The notes under the pieces were generated by a model that made no database searches, was not told the DNA's origin, and saw only the letters and a program-made list of their open reading frames with translations. A stretch of 64,000 nucleotides of DNA, from positions 64,001-128,000 of the forward strand of contig JAFWDK010000009.1 in the NCBI GenBank assembly GCA_017513085.1. Reading direction: 5' to 3'. The stretch is from Clostridiales bacterium. Its GTDB lineage: Bacteria > Bacillota > Clostridia > Saccharofermentanales > Saccharofermentanaceae. Below, piece after piece: positions 29,650 to 39,377 of this stretch; positions within the stretch are counted from its first letter, which is position 1, and each line of letters begins with the position of its first letter. The position numbers were made by a program, and so were the translations under genes.

Positions 29650-30660
29650 TTACGCACGAAGCCAGCAAAGAACAATAAATGCAATGCCGAAAAAGAAGCC
29701 GATCCGAAAATGCTCGGAGACCGGGATCGATAGTGGTCTGGCTTCTTCCGTATTGCAGTGAAGATCCTCGTTTCTTTGTAAATATCTGTAGAAGCGGAGC
29801 TGACGGAAAAGCACCAGCATCATGACGATTCCGATCACCAAAGAGATGTAGGAAGCATAAAGCACGGTACGGCTGTAATCAATGGAATTCTGAACTGTTG
29901 CCGGATCCTGGACAGAAATGACACGCTCGAGAAGTGTCGAAGCACAGGCAATGCCAAGACGCATCGCACAGGAACATAGAACATTTCCCGTGAAATAGCG
30001 GATCGAAGAAGCAAATAGACCGATCACCAGGAACATCAGAAACTCCAGACGATTGGTGGCGAAAAGCGTGCTGAGGAGCGCGGGAACAGGGATCCTGATC
30101 CACCACTTGTCCGGTAATGATGCAAAGAGAAGACCGCGGAAAAAGAGTTCTTCTACGATGGCCGGCAGAAGTATGGTGATGATGAAGATCAAGGCTAAGC
30201 CGAAGATCGAGGATTCAGTCGTCACATAGTAATAGAGCCTGCCGGGGATCGGGTTTTCAAGCTGCAGTTCCAGAAAGATGAACAGGTTGTGGATGCTGGT
30301 CGAGATCAGCATTGCCGGAACGCCGGCCATAATGCTCATAAAGAAAGCGCCCAGGCCAGGATTTCTGCCCCAGAGATGGTGTTCTTTGATCTTGAAATGC
30401 TCGGATGTGAAAACGAAAATGGCAAGAAGCGCCATCAGCCGGATCAGCGTAATGATCGAATAGCCGATCAGAGAGGTCTTGGAGAAGAACAGTTTCTCAT
30501 CGGGGATGTCCTGCCATATGACTTGAATGAGAAATGAAAAGCCAAATGCCGTCATCAAAAGAAGTCCCAGATCAGGATACTTCGGGAGACGGATAAAAGG
30601 ATAGATGTAGTTTTTCCAGATGGATTTGATTACGGATAAAAAGTCTCTTTGCTGTGCCAT
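29650..30660 (-). CDS. CPBP/Abi family intramembrane protein with degenerate His motifs
   Basis: PAIVEELFFRG present; multi-TM. Confidence 0.75.
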   Translation of the reverse strand: MAQQRDFLSVIKSIWKNYIYPFIRLPKYPDLGLLLMTAFGFSFLIQVIWQDIPDEKLFFSKTSLIGYSIITLIRLMALLAIFVFTSEHFKIKEHHLWGRNPGLGAFFMSIMAGVPAMLISTSIHNLFIFLELQLENPIPGRLYYYVTTESSIFGLALIFIITILLPAIVEELFFRGLLFASLPDKWWIRIPVPALLSTLFATNRLEFLMFLVIGLFASSIRYFTGNVLCSCAMRLGIACASTLLERVISVQDPATVQNSIDYSRTVLYASYISLVIGIVMMLVLFRQLRFYRYLQRNEDLHCNTEEARPLSIPVSEHFRIGFFFGIAFIVLCWLRA

Positions 30661-30669
30661 TCATATCTC

Positions 30670-31551
30670 CTACAGCAAGTCCGCGAGCGGCGCCACATGA
30701 CGTGTGAACAGCTCCAGGAAATATGGTTCGTAAAGAAGAAACAAGACTGTTCCCAATACGATAAAAGGTCCGAAGGCCAGGTAATCCGGATCATCTGCGA
30801 AATGCATCTCACGCTTTTTCTTCATCAGGATCTTGCGTGCTTTGGCCGGATCGGGACTCTCACGGATCTCTTTTTCTTCCTTGGCAATACGCATGCGCTT
30901 GCGGACAAGAAGAGGAATCGCTACGATTGCAGCTGAGATAAAAGCAATGAAGATCACGAACAGAAGTCCGCGCACTCCGCTTAAAAGACCACACATAAAC
31001 AGGAGCTTGACGTCGCCCATGCCCATGGCTTCAGTCTTGGCGATCATGCTCGAAATAAATCCGATGAGAAAGAGGATGCCGGAACCGATAAGCGCGGCCA
31101 GAACTCTGTTGCCGATAAAGTGATACCAAGGTTTTGAGGCTTCGATCCAGATGTTTCCGTCCACAAAATCGGAAACGAAGTAAAAAACGGAAAGCGCAAT
31201 ACTCAGGACGATGATGTGGTCAGGAATAATGCGGTTCAATATGTCGGACATGACGATCACGGTAAATCCCGGAAGAAGTACGAACAGAGCGATGACACGC
31301 AGGATATTCGAGAAATTCAGAAAATCCGGGTAAAGATATGCGGAAATGAATACGACTACCGCGTAGATCACTGCAAATACGGCGATATGGTAAGGTTTTA
31401 ACCTCTTCGATAAACGGACGTTTTCCGCATTCGGGTCAAAACCATAGTCTTGCAGCCACGCTTCAGGCATCTTATTGAAAATAAAAAATGCCGGTACGGC
31501 CATGACTGCCGCAATCAGCGCGAGAACAAGGGCTTTTGTGATAAGGGTCAT
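30670..31551 (-). CDS. A24 family prepilin peptidase-like aspartic protease
   Basis: SDILNRIIPD, MGMGDVKL, AFGPFI; GGAGG RBS. Confidence 0.85.
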   Translation of the reverse strand: MTLITKALVLALIAAVMAVPAFFIFNKMPEAWLQDYGFDPNAENVRLSKRLKPYHIAVFAVIYAVVVFISAYLYPDFLNFSNILRVIALFVLLPGFTVIVMSDILNRIIPDHIIVLSIALSVFYFVSDFVDGNIWIEASKPWYHFIGNRVLAALIGSGILFLIGFISSMIAKTEAMGMGDVKLLFMCGLLSGVRGLLFVIFIAFISAAIVAIPLLVRKRMRIAKEEKEIRESPDPAKARKILMKKKREMHFADDPDYLAFGPFIVLGTVLFLLYEPYFLELFTRHVAPLADLL

Positions 31552-31594
31552 GCTTTCGCCTCCAAAGAAATCATATATATAAGAATACATTGAT

Positions 31595-31622
31595 TTGCAG
31601 AAATTGTGAAGTCTGCTACAAT
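31595..31622 (+). promoter_or_regulatory. glgP promoter
   Basis: TTGCAG-16 nt-(TGC)TACAAT, extended -10. Confidence 0.6.
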
Positions 31623-31663
31623 AACAAATGGTTTATACCATGGGGAAAAGGAGGTGCTACGTT

Positions 31664-34327
31664 ATGAGTGAACGTGCACAAAAGAAAGAATCTACTAAGA
31701 AGGTAGTAAAGAAATCCACAGCAAAGACTACTGCAAAGACAGCTGCTGCAAAGACTTCGGCCAAAACGGTTGTGAAGAAGGCTCCTGCAAAAGCTTCTCC
31801 GAAAGCAGAAGTGAAGACTGCTAAAGCTTCTTCCAAGGCTTCTGTAAAGAAGAGCGTAGCGAAGAGACCGGCGGTAAAGAAGACGGAAAGCGTGAAAAAA
31901 CCTGCCGTTTCCGGAAAGACTCTGACTGTGGATCCGGCTAAAGTACATAACATTTCTGCCCAGGAACTTCATGATATGGTTGCTTTCCAGGTGAAGGCAT
32001 GCTCCGGTAAGAGTGCGGATAAGGGAACCGCAAGAGATTACTGGCTGGCTTTATCCAGAACGATCGTGGAGATCATGGCTGATGATTGGGAGAAAACACG
32101 TGAGAAGTACGCAAAAGTACGTCAGGCTCACTATTTCTCCGCGGAATTCCTGGTTGGCCGTTCGATGCTGAACAATCTTGTTAACCTGGGTATTTACGAG
32201 CAGGCAGTAGAAGCCATGAAGGGCTTCGGCATCAACCTGACTGACCTCCTCGAAGAAGAGACTGACGCGGCGCTGGGTAACGGCGGACTCGGTCGTTTGG
32301 CTGCATGTTTCCTGGATTCCTGCGCGACTTTGGATCTTCCGGTTACCGGATACGGCATCCTGTACCGCTATGGTCTGTTCCGCCAGACATTTGAGAACGG
32401 TTTCCAGAGAGAACATCCGGATTCCTGGATGGAAAACGGCTATCCGTTTGTTATTCCGAGATATGAGGATAAGGTCCGCGTACATTTTAACGACTTTGAC
32501 GTATGGGCGATCCCGTGCGACATGCCGATTACCGGCTATAACACACATAATGTGAACCGTCTGCGCCTTTGGAAGTGCGAACCGGCTCAGGAGTTTGACT
32601 TCAATCTTTTCAATTCCCAGCGTTTCGATGACGCGGTAATTGAGAGAAACCGCGTAAACGATATCTATAGAGTGCTTTATCCGAACGACACATCTTACGA
32701 TGGTAAGGTGCTTCGTGTCCGTCAGCAGTATTTCTTCGTATCTGCTTCACTTCAGGATATCGTTAGAAGTTATAAGGCAGTGCATGGAAATGATTTCAGC
32801 AAGTTTGCCGAGCTTAACAGCATCCAGTTGAATGATACCCACCCGGTTATCGGTATTCCGGAACTGATGCGTATCCTCGTCGATGAGAATGGCGTGAAGT
32901 GGGAAGATGCATGGGAAATCGTCAGACATACATTTGCATATACGAACCATACTATTATGGCAGAAGCTCTGGAAAAGTGGGATTGCAATATCTTCCGTTT
33001 CCTGTTCCCGAGAATCTTCGAGATCGTCGAGGGCATCAACAACCAGCAGAGAGCCCAGTTCTTCGAGAAAGGCATGTATTCCGAACTCGTTGACCGTCTG
33101 TCGATCCTTTCCGATGGTAAGGTGCAGATGGCTTGGATGGCCATTTATGGTTCTTACTCCGTAAACGGCGTTGCGGCGCTGCATACCGAGATCCTTAAGA
33201 GAGATACTCTCAAAGAATGGTATGAGATCTATCCGGAGAAGTTCTCTAACAAGACCAATGGTGTTACTCCGAGAAGATGGCTCCGTGTCTGCGACCAGGA
33301 TCTGGCTGCATTGATCACTGACCTTCTTGGCAACGAGGACTGGGTCACCGATCTCGATCAGCTCAAGAAACTCGAGAAGTATGCGAACGATAAGAAGGTT
33401 ATGGAGCGTTTCCTGAAGGTAAAGCGTGCAAACAAGGTAGCGCTTTGCAATCACCTGGAGAAGACGAAGGGTATCAAGGTCAATCCGGATTCCATCTTCG
33501 ACGTACAGATCAAGCGTCTGCATGAGTACAAAAGACAGCTTCTGAATGCAATCTATGCACTGAACCTCTACGATCGTATTAAGGAGAACCCGAAGCTTGA
33601 TATGCCGCCGGTAACGGTATTCTTCGGTGCAAAGGCTGCTCCCGGATACTTCCGCGCGAAGGCAATCATCAAGTTCATCAACGAGATTGCAAAGATGATC
33701 GACAACGATCCGGATATGAAGGGCCGTCTGAAGGTCGTATTCATCGAGAACTACAACGTAAGTAACGGTGAGAAGCTCTTCCCGGCTGCAGATATCTCCG
33801 AGCAGATCTCAACAGCAGGTCTGGAAGCTTCTGGTACAGGTAACATGAAGTTCATGATGAACGGTGCGGTTACCCTGGGTACATGGGACGGCGCAAACGT
33901 AGAAATCGCACAGTCTGTCGGTGATGACAATGTCTACATCTTCGGCTGCCGTGTTGAGGATATGGAAGCCACCCGTGCTTACTACAACCCGAAGTGGCAG
34001 TATGAGAATATCCCGGGTCTGAAGAAGGTCCTCGACCGTCTTGTCGATGGTACATTCAACGATGAGGGAACAGGCATGTTCCAGGATCTGTTCAATGGTT
34101 TGATCTACGGCAGCAACTGGCAGCCGGGCGATACCTACTATGTACTCGGTGATTTCGACGATTACAGAAAGACCAGAGACCAGGCCTATAAGGACTATGC
34201 GAACCGTATGGAATGGGCAAAGAAGTGCTGGATCAATATTTGCAATTCCGGTAAGTTCTCTTCCGATAGAACCATCAGCGAATACGCAAAGGGAATCTGG
34301 AAGATTAAGGCTGCGAAAATTAAATAA
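31664..34327 (+). CDS. glgP: Glycogen/alpha-glucan phosphorylase with basic N-terminal extension
   Basis: LGNGGLGRLAAC, LNDTHP, YTNHT, NGVA, KRLHEYKRQ, EASGTGNMKFM; AGGAGG RBS. Confidence 0.96.
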   Translation: MSERAQKKESTKKVVKKSTAKTTAKTAAAKTSAKTVVKKAPAKASPKAEVKTAKASSKASVKKSVAKRPAVKKTESVKKPAVSGKTLTVDPAKVHNISAQELHDMVAFQVKACSGKSADKGTARDYWLALSRTIVEIMADDWEKTREKYAKVRQAHYFSAEFLVGRSMLNNLVNLGIYEQAVEAMKGFGINLTDLLEEETDAALGNGGLGRLAACFLDSCATLDLPVTGYGILYRYGLFRQTFENGFQREHPDSWMENGYPFVIPRYEDKVRVHFNDFDVWAIPCDMPITGYNTHNVNRLRLWKCEPAQEFDFNLFNSQRFDDAVIERNRVNDIYRVLYPNDTSYDGKVLRVRQQYFFVSASLQDIVRSYKAVHGNDFSKFAELNSIQLNDTHPVIGIPELMRILVDENGVKWEDAWEIVRHTFAYTNHTIMAEALEKWDCNIFRFLFPRIFEIVEGINNQQRAQFFEKGMYSELVDRLSILSDGKVQMAWMAIYGSYSVNGVAALHTEILKRDTLKEWYEIYPEKFSNKTNGVTPRRWLRVCDQDLAALITDLLGNEDWVTDLDQLKKLEKYANDKKVMERFLKVKRANKVALCNHLEKTKGIKVNPDSIFDVQIKRLHEYKRQLLNAIYALNLYDRIKENPKLDMPPVTVFFGAKAAPGYFRAKAIIKFINEIAKMIDNDPDMKGRLKVVFIENYNVSNGEKLFPAADISEQISTAGLEASGTGNMKFMMNGAVTLGTWDGANVEIAQSVGDDNVYIFGCRVEDMEATRAYYNPKWQYENIPGLKKVLDRLVDGTFNDEGTGMFQDLFNGLIYGSNWQPGDTYYVLGDFDDYRKTRDQAYKDYANRMEWAKKCWINICNSGKFSSDRTISEYAKGIWKIKAAKIK

Positions 34328-34355
34328 TCTTTTCGCGCAAGTTAGATAACGAATA

Positions 34356-34420
34356 AAAAGAGAGTTTTCTCGATCTGTCCTCGGGGCAAGCCCTGCGGAG
34401 GCTCGGAAAACTCTTTTTTA
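34356..34420 (+). terminator. Long branched terminator after glgP
   Basis: AAAAGAGAGTTTTC...GGGCAAGCCC...GAAAACTCTTTTTT. Confidence 0.7.
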
Positions 34421-34527
34421 TTCGTGTTTTAATGCGCGGAAAGATTATTTTTCTCTTGCGTGGAGACGGTGTGTGATAAAATTATATGCAAAAGCACTTG
34501 TTTAAGTGTGTTTCGGAGAAACGTAAT

Positions 34528-36684
34528 ATGGGCAGGATGGCAAGTACAGCAGATACGATCGTTTTTGATGCGCCGGCGAAGGTGTGGGAAGAGGCGCTCC
34601 CGGTTGGAAACGGAAAGCTGGGCGGCATGGTGTTCGGTTTGCCGTATACCGAGCGGATCCAGCTGAACGAGGATAGTGTCTGGTATGGCGGCCCGCAGGA
34701 CCGGAATAATCCTTCCGCGCTCGAGAAACTTCCGGAGATCCGCAGGCTGATCTTTGAAGGCAAGATCCGGGAAGCCGAGGAACTCTGCAGCTTCGCGCTT
34801 TGCGGAATCCCGGAGGAGCAGCGCCACTATGAGCCTCTCGGAAATCTCTATATTGAATTTGAAGAAGAATCGTTAGATTATTCTAACTACCGCCGTGAAC
34901 TCAATCTTTCCAATGCGGTCGTGACGACGGAACTGACCCGTGACGGCGTGCACTTTACACGGGAAGTGATCACCAGTTTCCCACAGAACATTATGGCGAT
35001 TCATCTAACGGCGGATCAGCCCGGAAAACTGAACTTTCATGCCCAGCTGGGTAGAAGCGGCGGCAAGCCTTGGGAAGAGCTTCCGTATAAGCATCAGGTC
35101 GTGAGAAGACAGTGCTATAACGCCTGCTCTGACAGCATTGCCGCGAAGCCGGGAAATATTCAGCTCATGCTAGCGACGGCCGGCGGAAACGGCGGAGTGA
35201 AGATTGCCTGCGGTGTAAAAGTTATTCCTTTTGGCGGAAAAACGGAAGTGATCGGTAATACGACGCGCATTTTCGGCGCCGATGAAGCGCTTCTGCTTCT
35301 TGCGGCCGATACGACATTCCGCGAAAAAGACCCGGAATCATCTGTACTGGCCCGCATTGAGGCCGCCTCGGCCTATTCCTGGGAAGAACTGAAAAACGAG
35401 CACATCGCCGATTACAGAAATCTTTTTGATCGGGTTTCCCTGAAAATCGACGGGCAGGAGGAGATCGAGCGTTTCTTCCAATATGGCCGTTACCTGCTGA
35501 TCGCCTCTTCGCGACCGGGTTCGCTTCCTTCGAATCTCCAAGGCATCTGGAATCAGGATCTTCTGCCGATGTGGGGAAGCAAATTCACGATCAACATCAA
35601 CACGGAGATGAACTACTGGCCGGCGCTGGTAACGAATCTCACCGAATGCCAGAAACCCTTGATCACCCATCTTGACCGTATCCGCGAAAACGGCCGCGTG
35701 ACAGCGAAGAAAATGTACGGCTGCGGCGGATTCATGGCGCATCACAACACCGATATCTGGGGTGACACGGCCCCGCAGGACATCTGCATGAGCGCGACCT
35801 TCTGGGTCATGGGCGGCGCATGGCTGTCCCTGCACATCTGGGAACAATATCTTTTCACGCAGGACCTTTCCTTCCTTCGCGAGAAGTACCCGATCATGCG
35901 TGATGCCGCCATCTTTATCATGGACTACCTCGTTCCGGACGGTGAATATCTGGTGACCTGCCCGACGCTGTCCCCGGAAAACACCTACATCCTCCCGAAC
36001 GGGGAGAAGGGTGTGATCTGTAAAGGCGCATCCATGGATAACCAGATCATCACAGAGCTCCTTTCTGCCTGCATTTCCGCGGAAAAAGCACTTGCCACCG
36101 GTCCTTCGGATGGTATTTCGGAGCGTGCGGAACAGGTCCTTTCCAAAATCGCGCCGATCCGTATCGGCAAATACGGACAGATCATGGAGTGGAATGAGGA
36201 CTACGAAGAACTGGAGCCGGGACACCGCCATATCTCCCAGCTGTTTGCACTCTATCCGGGATCCCAGATCACGGAAGAAAAAACACCGGAACTGATGGAA
36301 GCGGCGAGAGCTACGCTGAAGCGGCGCCTATCGTCCGGAGGCGGCCATTCAGGCTGGAGCCGTGCCTGGATCATTAACATGTATGCGAGATTAGGAGAAG
36401 GGAATAAAGCGTATGAAAACCTTTGTACGCTGATTGAGAAACAAACTCTTCCGAATCTTTTCGATAACCATCCGCCGTTCCAGATCGATGGAAACTTCGG
36501 TGCCACATCCGGTATTGCCGAGATGCTGGTACAAAGCCATGAAGAGGAGGTCCGCCTTCTTCCTGCACTTCCGGATGCCTGGAAAGCACACGGCGTCGTG
36601 AAGGGCTTGCGGCTTCGCGGCGGGAAAACACTGGAATGTCTGGAATGGAAAGACGGTAAGGTTCTTCGCGCGGAGATCCGATAG
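34528..36684 (+). CDS. GH95 family alpha-L-fucosidase/alpha-L-galactosidase
   Basis: [49 protein letters not shown]. Confidence 0.93.
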   Translation: MGRMASTADTIVFDAPAKVWEEALPVGNGKLGGMVFGLPYTERIQLNEDSVWYGGPQDRNNPSALEKLPEIRRLIFEGKIREAEELCSFALCGIPEEQRHYEPLGNLYIEFEEESLDYSNYRRELNLSNAVVTTELTRDGVHFTREVITSFPQNIMAIHLTADQPGKLNFHAQLGRSGGKPWEELPYKHQVVRRQCYNACSDSIAAKPGNIQLMLATAGGNGGVKIACGVKVIPFGGKTEVIGNTTRIFGADEALLLLAADTTFREKDPESSVLARIEAASAYSWEELKNEHIADYRNLFDRVSLKIDGQEEIERFFQYGRYLLIASSRPGSLPSNLQGIWNQDLLPMWGSKFTININTEMNYWPALVTNLTECQKPLITHLDRIRENGRVTAKKMYGCGGFMAHHNTDIWGDTAPQDICMSATFWVMGGAWLSLHIWEQYLFTQDLSFLREKYPIMRDAAIFIMDYLVPDGEYLVTCPTLSPENTYILPNGEKGVICKGASMDNQIITELLSACISAEKALATGPSDGISERAEQVLSKIAPIRIGKYGQIMEWNEDYEELEPGHRHISQLFALYPGSQITEEKTPELMEAARATLKRRLSSGGGHSGWSRAWIINMYARLGEGNKAYENLCTLIEKQTLPNLFDNHPPFQIDGNFGATSGIAEMLVQSHEEEVRLLPALPDAWKAHGVVKGLRLRGGKTLECLEWKDGKVLRAEIR

Positions 36685-36715
36685 AGGGGAACAGACGAGT
36701 CAGTATGAACAAGAA

Positions 36716-36752
36716 AAGTGCGTTGCCTCAAAGAAAATGAGACAACGCACTT
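36716..36752. terminator. Bidirectional hairpin between convergent genes
   Basis: AAGTGCGTTGCCTCA-AAGAAAA-TGAGACAACGCACTT. Confidence 0.75.
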
Positions 36753-36782
36753 ATTATATGTGTCACGCGTTTCGGAATGTGA

Positions 36783-39083
36783 TCAGCGGTTAATGCCGTA
36801 ACGTGCACAGATTTCGGTAAATTCCGTCGACTGGGCAAACGACATAAGTACATCGTGACGGGACTTTCCGTTCTTCATTTGGCCAAGCCAGAAGCTCATT
36901 CCATCCTCATCCGGCTGTCTGTCCATGAAGGTGGTGTACAGTCTTGTGAGATAATCCTCATCTGTAGTGTTAAACCCGATGAATTCTGCTGACTCGAAGA
37001 AATACAACGCCGCGCTTGTACCTGTCTGTTCCAGATTGGTAAGAGCAAGACCCCAGAAACCTAATCCGTCTGTGTCAGGCTCTCTTTTCATACAGCAGGT
37101 GAAGAGACGGGTCGCAAACTTGACCGCATTGTTGGATGCAATCTCGGATTTCGCTGTAGGTGCTCCGGATTTTACCCCGTAGCCGGCGCAGATATTGCAC
37201 CACTCTGTCGAATCGATAAAACTACGGATGACTTGTTCTCTGGAAACTCCCTTATTCAGTTGGCTAAGCCAGAATGTTCTTCCTTCATCGTCAGGCTCGC
37301 GGTTAAAGAAGACGGGATAAAGTATATCGAGAAGTGCACCGTCACTCATTTTCTTGTTGGTAAATTCTTCTCCTAGAAGGAAGAATAGTCCACAGTCTGC
37401 ACCGGTCTTTTGTCCGCTTTTGATTGCGTCGACCCAGTATTTCTTTCCGGCTTCCTCGGAAAGACGTCCCAGCGCGTCATTATAAAGACGCTCGATGAAA
37501 TCCGCGATATCACCGGAAGCGGTGCCTACGATCTTTGTTTTTTCATCATAGATGAACGTGCCTGATACTTCTATGCCGGGTTTGTAAGGAACCCAGCCGA
37601 TATATATATATTTTTTCTCGTCAGGATCATATTCCGGATCATATCTTCTGATGAGTTCCTGTATACACGTAAGCTGGCTGATATCCAGTTTGTCTATATT
37701 GGTTCTCTCGCATTCCAAAGTATGAATATACGGATTTCTGCCCAGCTTCAGAGAGGAAATCGCGTTGCCTTTCACTCGCAGTATTTCAAGAAGCGGGCAA
37801 GAGGATACGTCCAAAGAAGAAAGCTTGTTATCGGAAAAATCGATGCAGTCCAGCTTCGTATTTTTCGTTACATCTGCTTTCGTGATCTGGTTATCGTAAG
37901 CGATGATTGCTTTCAATTCCGGGCAGTTCGAGGTATCCAGTTTAGAAAGTAAATTGTTGTCACAATAAAACTCTTCTAGGGCAGTACAAGAAGAAAGATC
38001 AAGTTCCAAAATATGATTGGATGAGCAGTCAAAATGCTGAAGCATGGATGTTTTGTTAAGTTTCAGTACGGACAGTGAATTGCTCTCGCAGGAAAGCTTT
38101 TCCAGTTTCGGAGCATCACCGATCGTTAATGTTACCAAACTGTTATTTTCACAGTGGAGTTCACGCAGATTCGGAGCATCCACCTCCAGTTCCGAAAGAC
38201 CGTTATAGAGAACGGAAACAATTTCCAGATCCGGACAATGGCTCAGATCGATTTTGGTTAGTTCGTTCATGTAGGCCACCACATTCTTCAGTTTGTGCAG
38301 ATCGCTTGTCTCGAGTATCTTGATTTCATTCTTGCCGCAGTACAGTTCAACAAGATTTGTGTTTTTACTGATATCAAGTGTTTGCATACTGCTGCCGGTG
38401 CAATCCAGGATTTCCAGATCCGGGCAGTTAGAAAGATCCAGAGAGGTGATCTGGTTTTTGCAAGGGTTCTCCGGTCCGAATTTCGGTTCTATTTCGTGAT
38501 CGTAGTCATAATCACTGCAGGTGAGTGTACGAAGCTTAGTATTGTTCGAAACATCGAGAGAACGAAGATCGTCCGCACAGCATGTTAATACCTCTAGATC
38601 GGAAAGATTACCGGTATTTATGGATTTGATCAGATTACAGTCAAACCGAAGTGTCTTGAGAGCCGGGCAGGAGGAAACGTCCAGCTTGGTAAGGCGGTTA
38701 TACGAGCAGTCCAGAACCTCGAGCTTTGTATTTCCCGAAAGGTCGATTTTTGTCAAAAGGTTGTCGAGACAATCTAATTCTTTGAGTGAAGTAAAAAACT
38801 CGATTCCTTTTAGATCCTCTACACCTACAGAACGGATCTTGATCGACTTGACTGCATCGATCTCAGCTTGTGAAAACTCTCTGTTTTGATCTGTGTCGAA
38901 TTGGGCTACGAATTTCCGGAAGATCTTGTCCGGGAAATTGTTCTCGTTAATGGCGATCGTCTGTTCCTGCTCCGATACGGTTTCTTCGCTTGCTGCCAGC
39001 ACGTCACCCGAAAATAGTTTTCCGGCTACAGGCGTGGTGAAACAGGCGGCCGCAATCAAACACGCGATAATTGCTTTTTTCAT
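36783..39083 (-). CDS. Secreted leucine-rich-repeat surface protein with C-terminal DUF4214 repeats
   Basis: Signal peptide, NFPD cap, many LxxLxCxxNxLxxLD repeats, repeated LY..F..R.PD..G..FW modules. Confidence 0.9.
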   Translation of the reverse strand: MKKAIIACLIAAACFTTPVAGKLFSGDVLAASEETVSEQEQTIAINENNFPDKIFRKFVAQFDTDQNREFSQAEIDAVKSIKIRSVGVEDLKGIEFFTSLKELDCLDNLLTKIDLSGNTKLEVLDCSYNRLTKLDVSSCPALKTLRFDCNLIKSINTGNLSDLEVLTCCADDLRSLDVSNNTKLRTLTCSDYDYDHEIEPKFGPENPCKNQITSLDLSNCPDLEILDCTGSSMQTLDISKNTNLVELYCGKNEIKILETSDLHKLKNVVAYMNELTKIDLSHCPDLEIVSVLYNGLSELEVDAPNLRELHCENNSLVTLTIGDAPKLEKLSCESNSLSVLKLNKTSMLQHFDCSSNHILELDLSSCTALEEFYCDNNLLSKLDTSNCPELKAIIAYDNQITKADVTKNTKLDCIDFSDNKLSSLDVSSCPLLEILRVKGNAISSLKLGRNPYIHTLECERTNIDKLDISQLTCIQELIRRYDPEYDPDEKKYIYIGWVPYKPGIEVSGTFIYDEKTKIVGTASGDIADFIERLYNDALGRLSEEAGKKYWVDAIKSGQKTGADCGLFFLLGEEFTNKKMSDGALLDILYPVFFNREPDDEGRTFWLSQLNKGVSREQVIRSFIDSTEWCNICAGYGVKSGAPTAKSEIASNNAVKFATRLFTCCMKREPDTDGLGFWGLALTNLEQTGTSAALYFFESAEFIGFNTTDEDYLTRLYTTFMDRQPDEDGMSFWLGQMKNGKSRHDVLMSFAQSTEFTEICARYGINR

Positions 39084-39377
39084 AATATCTGTCTCCTTTT
39101 ATTTCTGTCCTCCACTATATGTCGATAAAATAATAATTAATTGATTATTCCCGAAAGTGACAAAATAGTTATATTTTTATGTTTCTCAAAAAAGAAGACC
39201 ATTAAATAAGTATAGAAGTAATGATTGTGTTATGCCGCGCTTGGCGAACGGAAGGATATGGCATTTCGTTTGTATCTTTGATACTATAAAGATGTTGTGG
39301 GCAACTGCAATAATATGAGGTGATCCGGATAGAAAGAGCAGGGGAGTTTCTTCATTTCCGGAAGTTAGGGGTATTAT

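Noticed and set aside
37690-38800. Periodic sequence in the LRR gene as a possible CRISPR or DGR repeat
   Set aside because: Degenerate coding repeats; no identical repeat-spacer units, cas genes or reverse transcriptase
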